IMG/VR virus record: IMGVR_UViG_3300035670_000114
Span: 1 to 64,000 of that record
DNA length: 64,000 bases
DNA from: a virus
Reading direction: 5' to 3' (one strand)
Positions 38,230 to 46,978 of this stretch are shown piece by piece (position 1 is the first letter of the stretch; every line of letters starts with the position of its first letter). The position numbers and the translations under genes are program-made. The notes below the pieces were generated by a model. That model ran no database searches. It had not been told where the DNA came from and was given only the letters and a program-made list of their open reading frames with translations.

Positions 38230-39111
38230 GTGTCCGCTTCGGTCAGCTACCTCCAGGCCGACCCCTCCTACCGGAAGGACCCTGGGCATGCGCAATCGAG
38301 TGTCAAGCACATCCTCAAGTCGCCAGCGCACTACCAGGCCGAGAAAAAGAAGAAGATCGCCCCAACCCTGACGATGCAGATCGGCACCGGGGCCCACTGC
38401 CTAACGCTTGAGGGCAAGGAGCAATTCGAGAAAGACTTCGTCCTCAAGCCGGATGGCCTGAGCCTGGCGACCAGGGAAGGCAAGGCCTGGAAAGAAGAAA
38501 ACAAGTCGAAGACGATACTCTCGCAAACGGACCAATACCAGTCCTGGGACGCCGTTCACGGCATGGCCGCCGCCCTGCAGGAGCTCGACTGGTTCGACCC
38601 ATCTCAAGCCGACTACCGCAAATTCAACGAAGTCAGCCTGTACTGGCGCTCGGAGGGCCTCGACTGCAAGGCCCGCATAGACAGGCTGCTGCTGTCGGAC
38701 ACTCACGCAACCATTCTGGACGTCAAGAGTACCGACGGCGTCAAGATGGAGGACTTCAGGAAGAAGGTCATCGGTGACTTCAACTACATGTTTCAGGCCG
38801 CCTGGTACACCGACGGCGTCGAGCAATACTACAAGCTGCCGACAAACTTCATCTTCGTCGCCATCGAGCGAACCCCTCCCTACCAGATCGGCATCTTCGA
38901 CATCAGCGACGAGATGATCGACGAGGGCTTCCGTCAGATCAGGCACGCCAGACGACTCCTGAAGCACTGCCTCCAAACGAAAGACTGGGGGCGTCCTCCC
39001 ATCGTCTCCGGCACCCTGGAGCTTCCGCCCTACTACCGTTCGCCACTGGGCGATGCTACACTTGGCTCGTCAATGGAAGCTCTCGAAGAGGCCTTCTCGA
39101 TCCCCGCCTGA
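38230..39111 (+). CDS. exonuclease VIII/RecE-like PD-(D/E)XK nuclease
   Basis: KSPAHY, GTGAH..LE, KARIDR, DVKST, Y..QAAWY. Confidence 0.88.
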   Translation: MSASVSYLQADPSYRKDPGHAQSSVKHILKSPAHYQAEKKKKIAPTLTMQIGTGAHCLTLEGKEQFEKDFVLKPDGLSLATREGKAWKEENKSKTILSQTDQYQSWDAVHGMAAALQELDWFDPSQADYRKFNEVSLYWRSEGLDCKARIDRLLLSDTHATILDVKSTDGVKMEDFRKKVIGDFNYMFQAAWYTDGVEQYYKLPTNFIFVAIERTPPYQIGIFDISDEMIDEGFRQIRHARRLLKHCLQTKDWGRPPIVSGTLELPPYYRSPLGDATLGSSMEALEEAFSIPA

Positions 39112-39116
39112 CCCAT

Positions 39117-40850
39117 ATGGTGCGACCGGCCACTAGAGACCCACGCTTCCGGGTCGACCTGATTTTCGCCACACCCAATCCCCAGCAGTGCATCTATGCC
39201 GCGATGCACCAGGACTACAGCGAAGGGTTCGTGGCGGCCGACCGCGCCGACTGGCCGGATGAGACCCGCGCCGGCGAAATCTGCGTGAAACGGCTGCTGG
39301 CCGGCGAGCGGGGCCACTACGGCTGCTACTCGGCCGACACCGAGGTCTTGACGGAAGCAGGCTGGACTCCCTGGCCGGACGTGACGACGTCAACAATGCT
39401 TGCTGCCGTCGACATCAGCAGTGGCGCAGTCAACTTTGAAGTCCCAACCGCGATCCAGTGCATTCCCATCAAAGAAGGCGACAGCCTCTACAGTTTTGAA
39501 TCCCAGCGTCTAAGCCTCGCCGTCACGCAAGATCACCGGATGGCCATATCCAGCCGCAAGTCGACCGGATGGAGCCAGTGGCGCTTCGAGCCAGCCTCTT
39601 CTGTAGCCGGCAAAGCTGTTCGCTACAGGCTTGCCGGAAATCTTAAGAAGCGCAGCATCCCCGACGACTGTCCGCAAGGCGTTGATCTCGTCAGTCTATT
39701 CAAGGTCGCCGGCTTCTTCTTCGGCGATGGCTGCCGCAGCCAGTCAAAAGATCCTAAATGCCTCAGATTCCGCTTGCGTCGCGCTCGTAAGATTGCTTAC
39801 CTGAAGAGCTGCGGCTTCGCTGTCAAAGAAACGAAAGGCGATCGGTTTGTTCTCAGAGATGCAACCGTTTCCCGGTGGATCCACAAGCACTTCCAGGCTG
39901 AAGAGGGCAAGCGTGTGCCGTCCTTCATCATGTCTCTTCCTGAGGGCCTGTTTCAAGCATTCGCCGATGGATTGAAAAACAGCGACGGCACAGCCAAGCG
40001 GCAAACGTGGGCATTTGACTCCGTGGAAAAGGCCGCCCTGGACGTCATTCAGGCCGCCTTCCACCTCAACAACCAGGCCGCCTCCTTAACGCTGAACAAC
40101 TCGAACGAGGGAGACATCCACAAGAATCATAAGCCTTGCTGGCGCCTGCACGTCTCGTCTCGCGAGCCCTACGCCCGGGCTGAGGTCAATCAACAAGGAC
40201 GCACTCGCGGAACCGAAAAGCTGATCCCGTACGAAGGCAACGTCTACTGCGCAACTGTCTCAACTGGAGCGCTCCTTGTACGTCGCAACAACAAGCCAGT
40301 GGTTTGTGGGAACTGCCTGGAACATCCCAGTATCACCTTGAACACTGGCTGGTTCCCCCATTCCGTTCTCCAGCAGGCACGAACCCACCGTGTGGGAATT
40401 TCGTTTGATTGTCAAAGTCTGAGATATACTGGAAAGCGTATATCTCAAGTCGCAAATGGAGAGCTAGATGCGGAAGAGGTATTTTACCTGCGACCAGTTG
40501 GCAGTTATAGCGACCGCAAAGGCAAGAAGTATTCCTACACCCAGCAACAGCGCGACATAGACCTTGCTTTATGCCGCAACGCCGCGAGGCGCTACGATGA
40601 ACTCATCCAACTCGGATACGCCGAAGAGCACGCCCGTGGTATCCTGCCGTTCGACTATCGCCAGCACTTCGTGGTGAGCTTCTCCCTGAGAGCCTTTCTG
40701 CATTTCCTGGACCTGCGTGCCAAGCTTGACGCCCAAGAAGAGATCCGCGCCCTCTGCGACCTGATGTGGCCTCACCTGCAGGCCTGGACACCAGAGATTG
40801 CCGCCTGGTACGAGTCCGCCCGCCTTCACAAGGCAAGGCTTGCGCCCTAG
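39117..40850 (+). CDS. thyX: flavin-dependent thymidylate synthase with intein
   Basis: Cyanobacterial-type PNPQQ...GHYG|CLEHP, QQARTHRVGISFD.QS.RY, EEHARG. Confidence 0.93.
   Translation: MVRPATRDPRFRVDLIFATPNPQQCIYAAMHQDYSEGFVAADRADWPDETRAGEICVKRLLAGERGHYGCYSADTEVLTEAGWTPWPDVTTSTMLAAVDISSGAVNFEVPTAIQCIPIKEGDSLYSFESQRLSLAVTQDHRMAISSRKSTGWSQWRFEPASSVAGKAVRYRLAGNLKKRSIPDDCPQGVDLVSLFKVAGFFFGDGCRSQSKDPKCLRFRLRRARKIAYLKSCGFAVKETKGDRFVLRDATVSRWIHKHFQAEEGKRVPSFIMSLPEGLFQAFADGLKNSDGTAKRQTWAFDSVEKAALDVIQAAFHLNNQAASLTLNNSNEGDIHKNHKPCWRLHVSSREPYARAEVNQQGRTRGTEKLIPYEGNVYCATVSTGALLVRRNNKPVVCGNCLEHPSITLNTGWFPHSVLQQARTHRVGISFDCQSLRYTGKRISQVANGELDAEEVFYLRPVGSYSDRKGKKYSYTQQQRDIDLALCRNAARRYDELIQLGYAEEHARGILPFDYRQHFVVSFSLRAFLHFLDLRAKLDAQEEIRALCDLMWPHLQAWTPEIAAWYESARLHKARLAP
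39324..40313 (+). mobile_element. 330-aa intein with LAGLIDADG-like endonuclease
   Basis: CYSADTEVLT, VTQDHRM, GFFFGDG, VYCATV...VVCGN followed by Cys+1. Confidence 0.92.
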
Positions 40851-40875
40851 ACTTCACCCAAGCTTGCTGATCCCC

Positions 40876-41451
40876 ATGGCCCCGAAGCTCGTTCTGTTCA
40901 ACGGCCCCCGCCACTCCGGCAAGGACACCGCTGCAGCGAAGTGCGTCGAGCGCTTCAATGCGCTTCACTTCAAGATGTCAGGTCCAATCAAGGCAGCCAT
41001 CAAGGCCACCTTTTCGTTGACTAACGAAGACGTCGAGTACCTGGAGTCCATCAAGACCGAGCCCTGCGACCTCCTATTTGGCAAGAGCTACGTCGACGTC
41101 CAGATCACCTTCAGTGAAAAGTGGGGCAAGAAGCAGTTCGGCGAGCAGTTCTTCGGCAACCTGGCGGTGCGCCACGTCCGGCAACTGCTGGCAGATGATC
41201 AGCGCCCAAGCCCACTCGTGGTGTGCAGCGACTCCGGCTTCTCCCATGAAGCCAAACCGCTACTGAACACCATCTTCGACGTCGAAGACGTCCTGCTTGT
41301 CAGACTCCATCGCCCCGACAAAAGCTTTGATGGCGACAGTCGCGGCTACATCAAGCTCGATGACGTTGCCACCATTGAGGTCTGCAACGATGGCGACATC
41401 GACCTGTTCCACAAGCGAATCGTCGACGTCGTCTCCGTATTCGCCGAGTAG
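40876..41451 (+). CDS. deoxynucleoside monophosphate kinase-like
   Basis: P-loop NGPRHSGKDT, SDSGFSHE, NDGD. Confidence 0.75.
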   Translation: MAPKLVLFNGPRHSGKDTAAAKCVERFNALHFKMSGPIKAAIKATFSLTNEDVEYLESIKTEPCDLLFGKSYVDVQITFSEKWGKKQFGEQFFGNLAVRHVRQLLADDQRPSPLVVCSDSGFSHEAKPLLNTIFDVEDVLLVRLHRPDKSFDGDSRGYIKLDDVATIEVCNDGDIDLFHKRIVDVVSVFAE

Positions 41452-41504
41452 CCGCGCAGGCGGCTTCTGTCGGCACAATAATGTGCCGAAACTCGCTGTG
41501 CCAG

Positions 41505-42119
41505 GTGGAATGGAAGGAAGCCAAGCCCCCAAAGCGCACGCCTGGCCCGATCTATAACTTCAGGCGCGGCTACAACCTGTCGAGCTCAGGTAGGCACGAG
41601 ACCGCTGATCAGTACGCGGCCTTCCAGGTCTACCTGAAGCTCAACGGCAACAGAACCTTCATCGACACCGCCAAGCTCTCCGGCTACGACGACAGGACGA
41701 TCGCACGATGGTGCAAGACGTTCTGCTGGGAGTCACGCGCCGCCAGGTGGGACAGGGACCAAATGGCGATCGTCTGGAAAGAAGCCGAGGCCCTCAAGCG
41801 CAACGCACACAAGGAAGCCATCGTCGAGTTCCGCGACGCGGCACAGCGTCAGGCCGAGATGATGTCGAAGGTCTCCGAGGACCTCGTGGGCCTGCTCAGC
41901 AACCGCATCGAAAAGGCCATCGAGAAGAAGGAAGACATCCCCATGGGGATGGTCGCCGGACTCCTGAAGGCGGCCTCTAGCGTCTCCGAACAATCCCGTC
42001 AAGCTTGGGCCAACTCCCTGGGCGTGAACGAACTTCTGTCCGTCGTCGACTCCGACATCCAGCAGGTGCGGGTTGACGACGTCACCCACGACCCGTACGA
42101 ATTCGAGATCGAGGAATAA
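41505..42119 (+). CDS. terminase small subunit
   Basis: HTH (TIARW...WESRAARWD), directly before TerL; alternative start 41481. Confidence 0.65.
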   Translation: MEWKEAKPPKRTPGPIYNFRRGYNLSSSGRHETADQYAAFQVYLKLNGNRTFIDTAKLSGYDDRTIARWCKTFCWESRAARWDRDQMAIVWKEAEALKRNAHKEAIVEFRDAAQRQAEMMSKVSEDLVGLLSNRIEKAIEKKEDIPMGMVAGLLKAASSVSEQSRQAWANSLGVNELLSVVDSDIQQVRVDDVTHDPYEFEIEE

Positions 42120-42125
42120 CCATTC

Positions 42126-43655
42126 ATGGTCAGAAGAATTGGCGACGACTTCCTGGGTCACGCCGCCAGTCAACTCGATCTCGTCCGAGAGGCCAAGGCC
42201 AAGAGGGAGTACGAAAGCGAGAACGGCAAGGAGGTCATCTTCCACCGGTTCATCAAGCAGATCAACCCCAACTACCGCTTCTACAGGTTCCACGGCGAGC
42301 TCGTCAAGCAACTGCAGCTCGTCATCAGTGGCCAATGCAAGAGGCTCATCGTCAGCACGCACCCCAGGATCGGCAAGAGCCTGCTCTCCTCTAAGCTCCT
42401 GCCTGCCGCCTACCTGCTCGCGCATCCAGAGCGCTACGTCGCCATCTGCTCCTACAGCGCCGAGCTGGCCGAGGGCTTTTCCAAGGACGCCAGAGAATAC
42501 TACGAGCAGGCCGGCGGCCGACTGGACCCCAGCAGCAAATCCGTCAACCAGTGGGGCACAACTGGCGGCGGCGGCTGCTGGGCGGCAGGCATCGGTGGCT
42601 CCGTGGTGGGCCGCTCAGCAAGCCTGATCATCGCCGACGACACCATCAAGGGCAGACAGGAGGCCGACAGCGAGGCCGCCATGGACAAGCTCTGGGGCTT
42701 CTACCAGGGCTCTCTCTATACCCGCCTCGAACCCGGGGGCGCCGTCGTGGTGGTGGCCACCCGCTGGACCGAGCTCGACCTGACCGGTCGCCTGCTGGAG
42801 TTGGAGGCCTCCGTCCCCGAAAGCCAGCGAGAAAACTGGACAATCATCGACTGGCCGGCAATCAGCGAGGACTCCGGCGATCGACCACCACTGCCGCAGC
42901 ACTGCAACATCGTCAAAGACTGGCGAGAGGAACCCGGCCTGCCGCTGTGCCCTCAACGCTATGGCGTCGAAGACCTGGAGCGGATCCGTCACGTCGTCGG
43001 CGTCAGGGAGTGGTCGTCACAATACCAGCAACGGCCGGCGCCAATCGGCGGCAACATGTTCAACCCCGAGTGGTGGCAATACTACGAGTCGAGGGATACC
43101 CTGCCGACCATGGATCGCGTCATCATGAGCGTCGACTGCACCTTCACCGACAACAATGATTCCGACTACGTGGTAGCAACCGTCGTCGGGCAGTGCGCGA
43201 CGAAGTTCTACGTCATCGACATGCTGCGCCGCAAGACCGACATCGTCGGCACCATCTCGATGATCATCTCGATGCTGCAGGAGCACTCCATCGACGGCAC
43301 CATCATCGAGTTGGCCGCCAACGGATACGCCGTCTACCAGATGATGAAGACTCGCATCCCCGGCCTGATCGGCTACAAGACCGGCAACAGGCGCAAGGAC
43401 GACCCCAGTCGCTTGGCAGCTATCGTGCCGTTAGTTGAAGCTGGCGACGTCTACCTGCCAGAAAACGTGTCCTGGCTCGACACATTCATCAACGAATTCA
43501 GCCTCTTCCCGGCGGCCAGGAACGACGACATTTGCGACAGCATCTCCATGGCAATCAACTACATGAGTCAGCGCACTCCGCCACAAATTACTCCCGTACA
43601 CTGGGGGCGCTCGTCCGCGCTTCCGAGCCCAGTGGAGCGCAACATGCCCTGGTAA
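42126..43655 (+). CDS. terL: terminase large subunit
   Basis: PRIGKS, IIADD, TRW..DL.G, SQYQQRP, FPAARNDDICDS. Confidence 0.95.
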   Translation: MVRRIGDDFLGHAASQLDLVREAKAKREYESENGKEVIFHRFIKQINPNYRFYRFHGELVKQLQLVISGQCKRLIVSTHPRIGKSLLSSKLLPAAYLLAHPERYVAICSYSAELAEGFSKDAREYYEQAGGRLDPSSKSVNQWGTTGGGGCWAAGIGGSVVGRSASLIIADDTIKGRQEADSEAAMDKLWGFYQGSLYTRLEPGGAVVVVATRWTELDLTGRLLELEASVPESQRENWTIIDWPAISEDSGDRPPLPQHCNIVKDWREEPGLPLCPQRYGVEDLERIRHVVGVREWSSQYQQRPAPIGGNMFNPEWWQYYESRDTLPTMDRVIMSVDCTFTDNNDSDYVVATVVGQCATKFYVIDMLRRKTDIVGTISMIISMLQEHSIDGTIIELAANGYAVYQMMKTRIPGLIGYKTGNRRKDDPSRLAAIVPLVEAGDVYLPENVSWLDTFINEFSLFPAARNDDICDSISMAINYMSQRTPPQITPVHWGRSSALPSPVERNMPW

Positions 43656-43656
43656 G

Positions 43657-44295
43657 ATGAGACGGATCACGAAATTCCAGCTCACACCCGAGCAACGGGA
43701 TCTCGCGGAGCGCAACATGGATCTAGCCAGGCACCAAGCCTGGATCTACAAGCGCAAAACCGGCATCGAGTACAAGGTGCTCGAAAGCGAAGCCTTCCTG
43801 GGCCTTTGCCAGGCTGCCGCCAAGTACGACATCAATCGCCTGCACGAGCAAACTGGCCAACCTCTCAAGTTCTCGTCCCTGGCGGTCCCCTATATCAGGG
43901 GCAGTATCCTGCATTACATCAGGGACAAGACGTACGCCATGCGTCTGACCTACGAAACCAGGGACATCTGGACGCGAGGCAAGCGCTACCTATATGCCGG
44001 CTTCACCGACCTGGAGGTCTGTGAGCTCCTTGGCATCGAGCTGTCGAAGTGGCAGGAGGCCAAGTCTGCCTGCTCGGGTCCTCCCCTTGAGCTCGCCGAC
44101 CACGCCACGCCCTCCGAGCCCCTTGAGCCCGACGAGGTCGACAACCTGACCATCTTCCGTCAGGATGCCGCCGAACTCCTCTCCAAGCTGACGCCAGCCA
44201 CGCGGCAGCGCCTGGATCGCTTCATGGAGGCCCGGGCCAGTGACGTGCCCAAGACCGTCATCAACGAGTTGCGGCAACTGGTCTTCGGGGGCTAG
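43657..44295 (+). CDS. SigF/SigB-type sigma factor lacking region 4.2
   Basis: GLCQAAAKYD, FSSLAVPYIRGSILHYIRDK, region 3 helix; ends without the region 4 HTH. Confidence 0.85.
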   Translation: MRRITKFQLTPEQRDLAERNMDLARHQAWIYKRKTGIEYKVLESEAFLGLCQAAAKYDINRLHEQTGQPLKFSSLAVPYIRGSILHYIRDKTYAMRLTYETRDIWTRGKRYLYAGFTDLEVCELLGIELSKWQEAKSACSGPPLELADHATPSEPLEPDEVDNLTIFRQDAAELLSKLTPATRQRLDRFMEARASDVPKTVINELRQLVFGG

Positions 44296-44319
44296 ACTGC
44301 GGCCAGTCGCCCAAACCGA

Positions 44320-45903
44320 TTGGCAATCAGGGACAGCACCGTTGAGCAGGTGCGCCAGGTGCCCGTCACGCAGGTACTCAAAAACGAAGGCATCGAGATG
44401 AAGCGTGTCGGCCGCGAGGCCGTCACCTTGTGTCCCTGGCACAACGACTCCAACCCATCTCTGACGCTCAACGACGACAAGAATATCTGCTTCTGCTTCG
44501 CCTGCGGCGGCGGCAGTGACGCCATCGCCTACATCCAGCAATATCACAGCCTCAGCTTTTCTGATGCCGTCGCACGCATCGCCGAGAAGAACGGCATCGA
44601 CGTCCTGTTCGACGACCTCGATCCCGCCGAAGCCCTGCGGGCCGCCGAAGAGCGCCGCAGGCGACAGGAGGCCATCGACAAGCAGCAGGACGCCTTCCGA
44701 AGCGGCATACAGTCGAGGCACGGTATCGACGCCCGCGCCTGGCTGCTTTCTCGCGGCATCAGACCCGAAACCTGCCGAGAATTCGGCATCGGTTGGGCCC
44801 GGGACGGCCGCTTTGCCCGCCGCGTCACGGTGCCAATCCATGACCACAGGGGCTCCCTGGTCGGCTTCACCGGCAGGACAATCGACGACGTCACCGACGA
44901 AAACAGGAAGTACGTCAACTCGTCATCGAGCGACCTCTTCCAGAAGGGCGCACTCGTCTACAACGAACACAAGGCAATCCGCGCCGCCAGGTCAAACGGC
45001 TTCCTGGTGTTCGTCGAGGGTCACTTCGACGTCATTCAGATGTGGCAGTACGGGATACCGAACACCGTTGCCATCCAGGGCACCGCAGCGCCCATGCTGC
45101 AGTCCATCAAGAGGTTGTCGAGGTACTGCAAGCGCTTTGTGCTCTGCTACGACGGCGACAGCGGCGGCCGAAAGGCCATCCAGAACTTCGTGGACGTCTG
45201 CGGCCTAATGGCCTGTAAGGGTGAAGTCAGCATCACGGTTGCCAGCCTTCCTGAAGGCAGCGACCCCGACGACTGCATCAGAAACAACGTCGACCTGCAC
45301 GGCATCATCGAGTCGGCTCCGCAGTGGCTCGACTGGCAGATCGACAACTGGCTGAATGAAGTCGACAGGTCCGACACCCACCGCTTCTCGCAGATCGAGA
45401 CCGCCATCCGCAAGCTCGTCGAGTCGATCACGTCCCCGGCCCTCCGGCAGCACTACATCGACAAGGCCTCCAAGGTGCTCACCGACAACCAGAAGTCGGC
45501 CGTCAGGCTGGCCCAGAAGTGGCGCCAGGACCTGCCAGCCATTCGCGTGTCGGCGCAATGGGAAAAGCCGGATCCGGCGTGGACCCGCCACCAGGTGGAG
45601 AAGCGTGCAATTCGCGCCTACATCCACGTCCCCGAGTGCCGCGAGAGGCTGGCGCCCCTGATGCATCACCTGCAGACGCCCTCCTTCTCGTGGCTGTGGG
45701 GTCGCATCCAAGAGCTCGAACGGCTCACCGAAAACCTCGACTCGCACTTACTTATGTCGGTGTTGGTCGTGGCAGAGCCGCAGTACCTCAGGACCCTGCG
45801 CCCGATTGTCGTGCCAACCATTGAGGTCTCGATGGACGACGGAACCTACTCCCATATCGAGCGTACAATGTCAAGCACGCTTGCGATGGACCTTCGACTG
45901 TGA
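44320..45903 (+). CDS. dnaG: DNA primase
   Basis: CPWH..CFAC zinc finger, KYVNS, TOPRIM VEGHFDV and YDGD. Confidence 0.95.
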   Translation: MAIRDSTVEQVRQVPVTQVLKNEGIEMKRVGREAVTLCPWHNDSNPSLTLNDDKNICFCFACGGGSDAIAYIQQYHSLSFSDAVARIAEKNGIDVLFDDLDPAEALRAAEERRRRQEAIDKQQDAFRSGIQSRHGIDARAWLLSRGIRPETCREFGIGWARDGRFARRVTVPIHDHRGSLVGFTGRTIDDVTDENRKYVNSSSSDLFQKGALVYNEHKAIRAARSNGFLVFVEGHFDVIQMWQYGIPNTVAIQGTAAPMLQSIKRLSRYCKRFVLCYDGDSGGRKAIQNFVDVCGLMACKGEVSITVASLPEGSDPDDCIRNNVDLHGIIESAPQWLDWQIDNWLNEVDRSDTHRFSQIETAIRKLVESITSPALRQHYIDKASKVLTDNQKSAVRLAQKWRQDLPAIRVSAQWEKPDPAWTRHQVEKRAIRAYIHVPECRERLAPLMHHLQTPSFSWLWGRIQELERLTENLDSHLLMSVLVVAEPQYLRTLRPIVVPTIEVSMDDGTYSHIERTMSSTLAMDLRL

Positions 45904-46118
45904 CGCCCTTCTACGTCATTCACGTCATCCCCGACTGCCCCTGGTGTACTAGGGCTAAGGCGCTACTGGAGGCCTACTCGCTGGACTACTCGACGACCTC
46001 CGAGCCCTGCGACGAGTGGCCGACTTGGCCGGCAATCTACCTTACCACCGAAAACACCAAGGAGCTAATCGGCGGCTATGACCAACTGTGCTCCCACCTG
46101 TCGTCGCGGAACGCTTGA
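45900..46118 (+). CDS. glutaredoxin
   Basis: CPWC, TWPAI, IGGYDQL. Confidence 0.85.
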   Translation: MTPFYVIHVIPDCPWCTRAKALLEAYSLDYSTTSEPCDEWPTWPAIYLTTENTKELIGGYDQLCSHLSSRNA

Positions 46119-46297
46119 GTCCTACCAGGACGCCGTCGACAGCCTGACGATGTTCGCGGCATCGCATCCCGAGTGGCGCCGCCCACTGGAGGACATCGTC
46201 CTCTACGTCGAAACTCTTCGACCTGGCGCAATCCTTCACGAACCAGGCCTCTAGCAAAGGCACCCTATGCTACTGTGCTCGGGTGCCGGATTCTTTT

Positions 46298-46558
46298 ATG
46301 ATCGACCCGATGAGCCTGAGCCTCGCTCAAAAGTTTGAGCTTGAGCGTTCGCTGCGAGCCATTGACGAGGCCAGGGACATCGAGGAGCTCCGCCGCTTGG
46401 CGAAACAGCTCGCTCATTCCTGGTTCTCCCAGAAGGCAGCCACTCAGTGGATGATGAAGCAAACGCTTGGAGCACCTCCAACCGTCTGCGCAAGTGCTAC
46501 CATGACGACTGCCACCCACCCTCATTCAAATGAAGCAGACCACCAAGAAGACGCTTAA
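46298..46558 (+). CDS. nblA: NblA-like phycobilisome degradation protein
   Basis: LSLAQKFEL...ELRRLAKQL...QK...WMMKQ helix-loop-helix pattern. Confidence 0.65.
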   Translation: MIDPMSLSLAQKFELERSLRAIDEARDIEELRRLAKQLAHSWFSQKAATQWMMKQTLGAPPTVCASATMTTATHPHSNEADHQEDA

Positions 46559-46667
46559 CGGTGCCTCCGTCCAGATCTCGCCTGGTCGCAAGAAGACCCG
46601 CCAAGGTAACGGCCTCAACTCGAAGCCACGTGGCACCCGCAAGCTAAAGGTGGGGCAAGGTGGCTGA
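46530..46667 (+). CDS. 45-aa basic microprotein (not in ORF track)
   Basis: KKTRQGNG...SK...K..GQG. Confidence 0.55.
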   Translation: MKQTTKKTLNGASVQISPGRKKTRQGNGLNSKPRGTRKLKVGQGG

Positions 46668-46959
46668 GGTCGTTACGTCGCAACAAGTCCACCGATCAAC
46701 TTCAGTTCTCCTGAGGATGTTTGAGGAGCTTCGTTACGACGAAGCATGCCTCTTTTTGCACAATCTGCATACCCATCACCTCGAAGAGTGGCTTCAGGTC
46801 AAGAGAATCCTTCTTGACATGAGGCTGAGAACGAGCCCAACACTCATTGCGACCCTGATCGACTGCTCCTCCAGGAAGGACCTGTCCTCCTGCGATCCGG
46901 TCGTGCCGGGTCTTTTCCTCTACTCCAGAGACCGCGAACCAGGCGAGCTGCTGGATTGA
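46660..46959 (+). CDS. hypothetical protein
   Basis: 99-aa ORF filling the gap before nrdJ. Confidence 0.4.
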   Translation: MAEVVTSQQVHRSTSVLLRMFEELRYDEACLFLHNLHTHHLEEWLQVKRILLDMRLRTSPTLIATLIDCSSRKDLSSCDPVVPGLFLYSRDREPGELLD

Positions 46960-46978
46960 TCTTATCCCTCCATACCTA

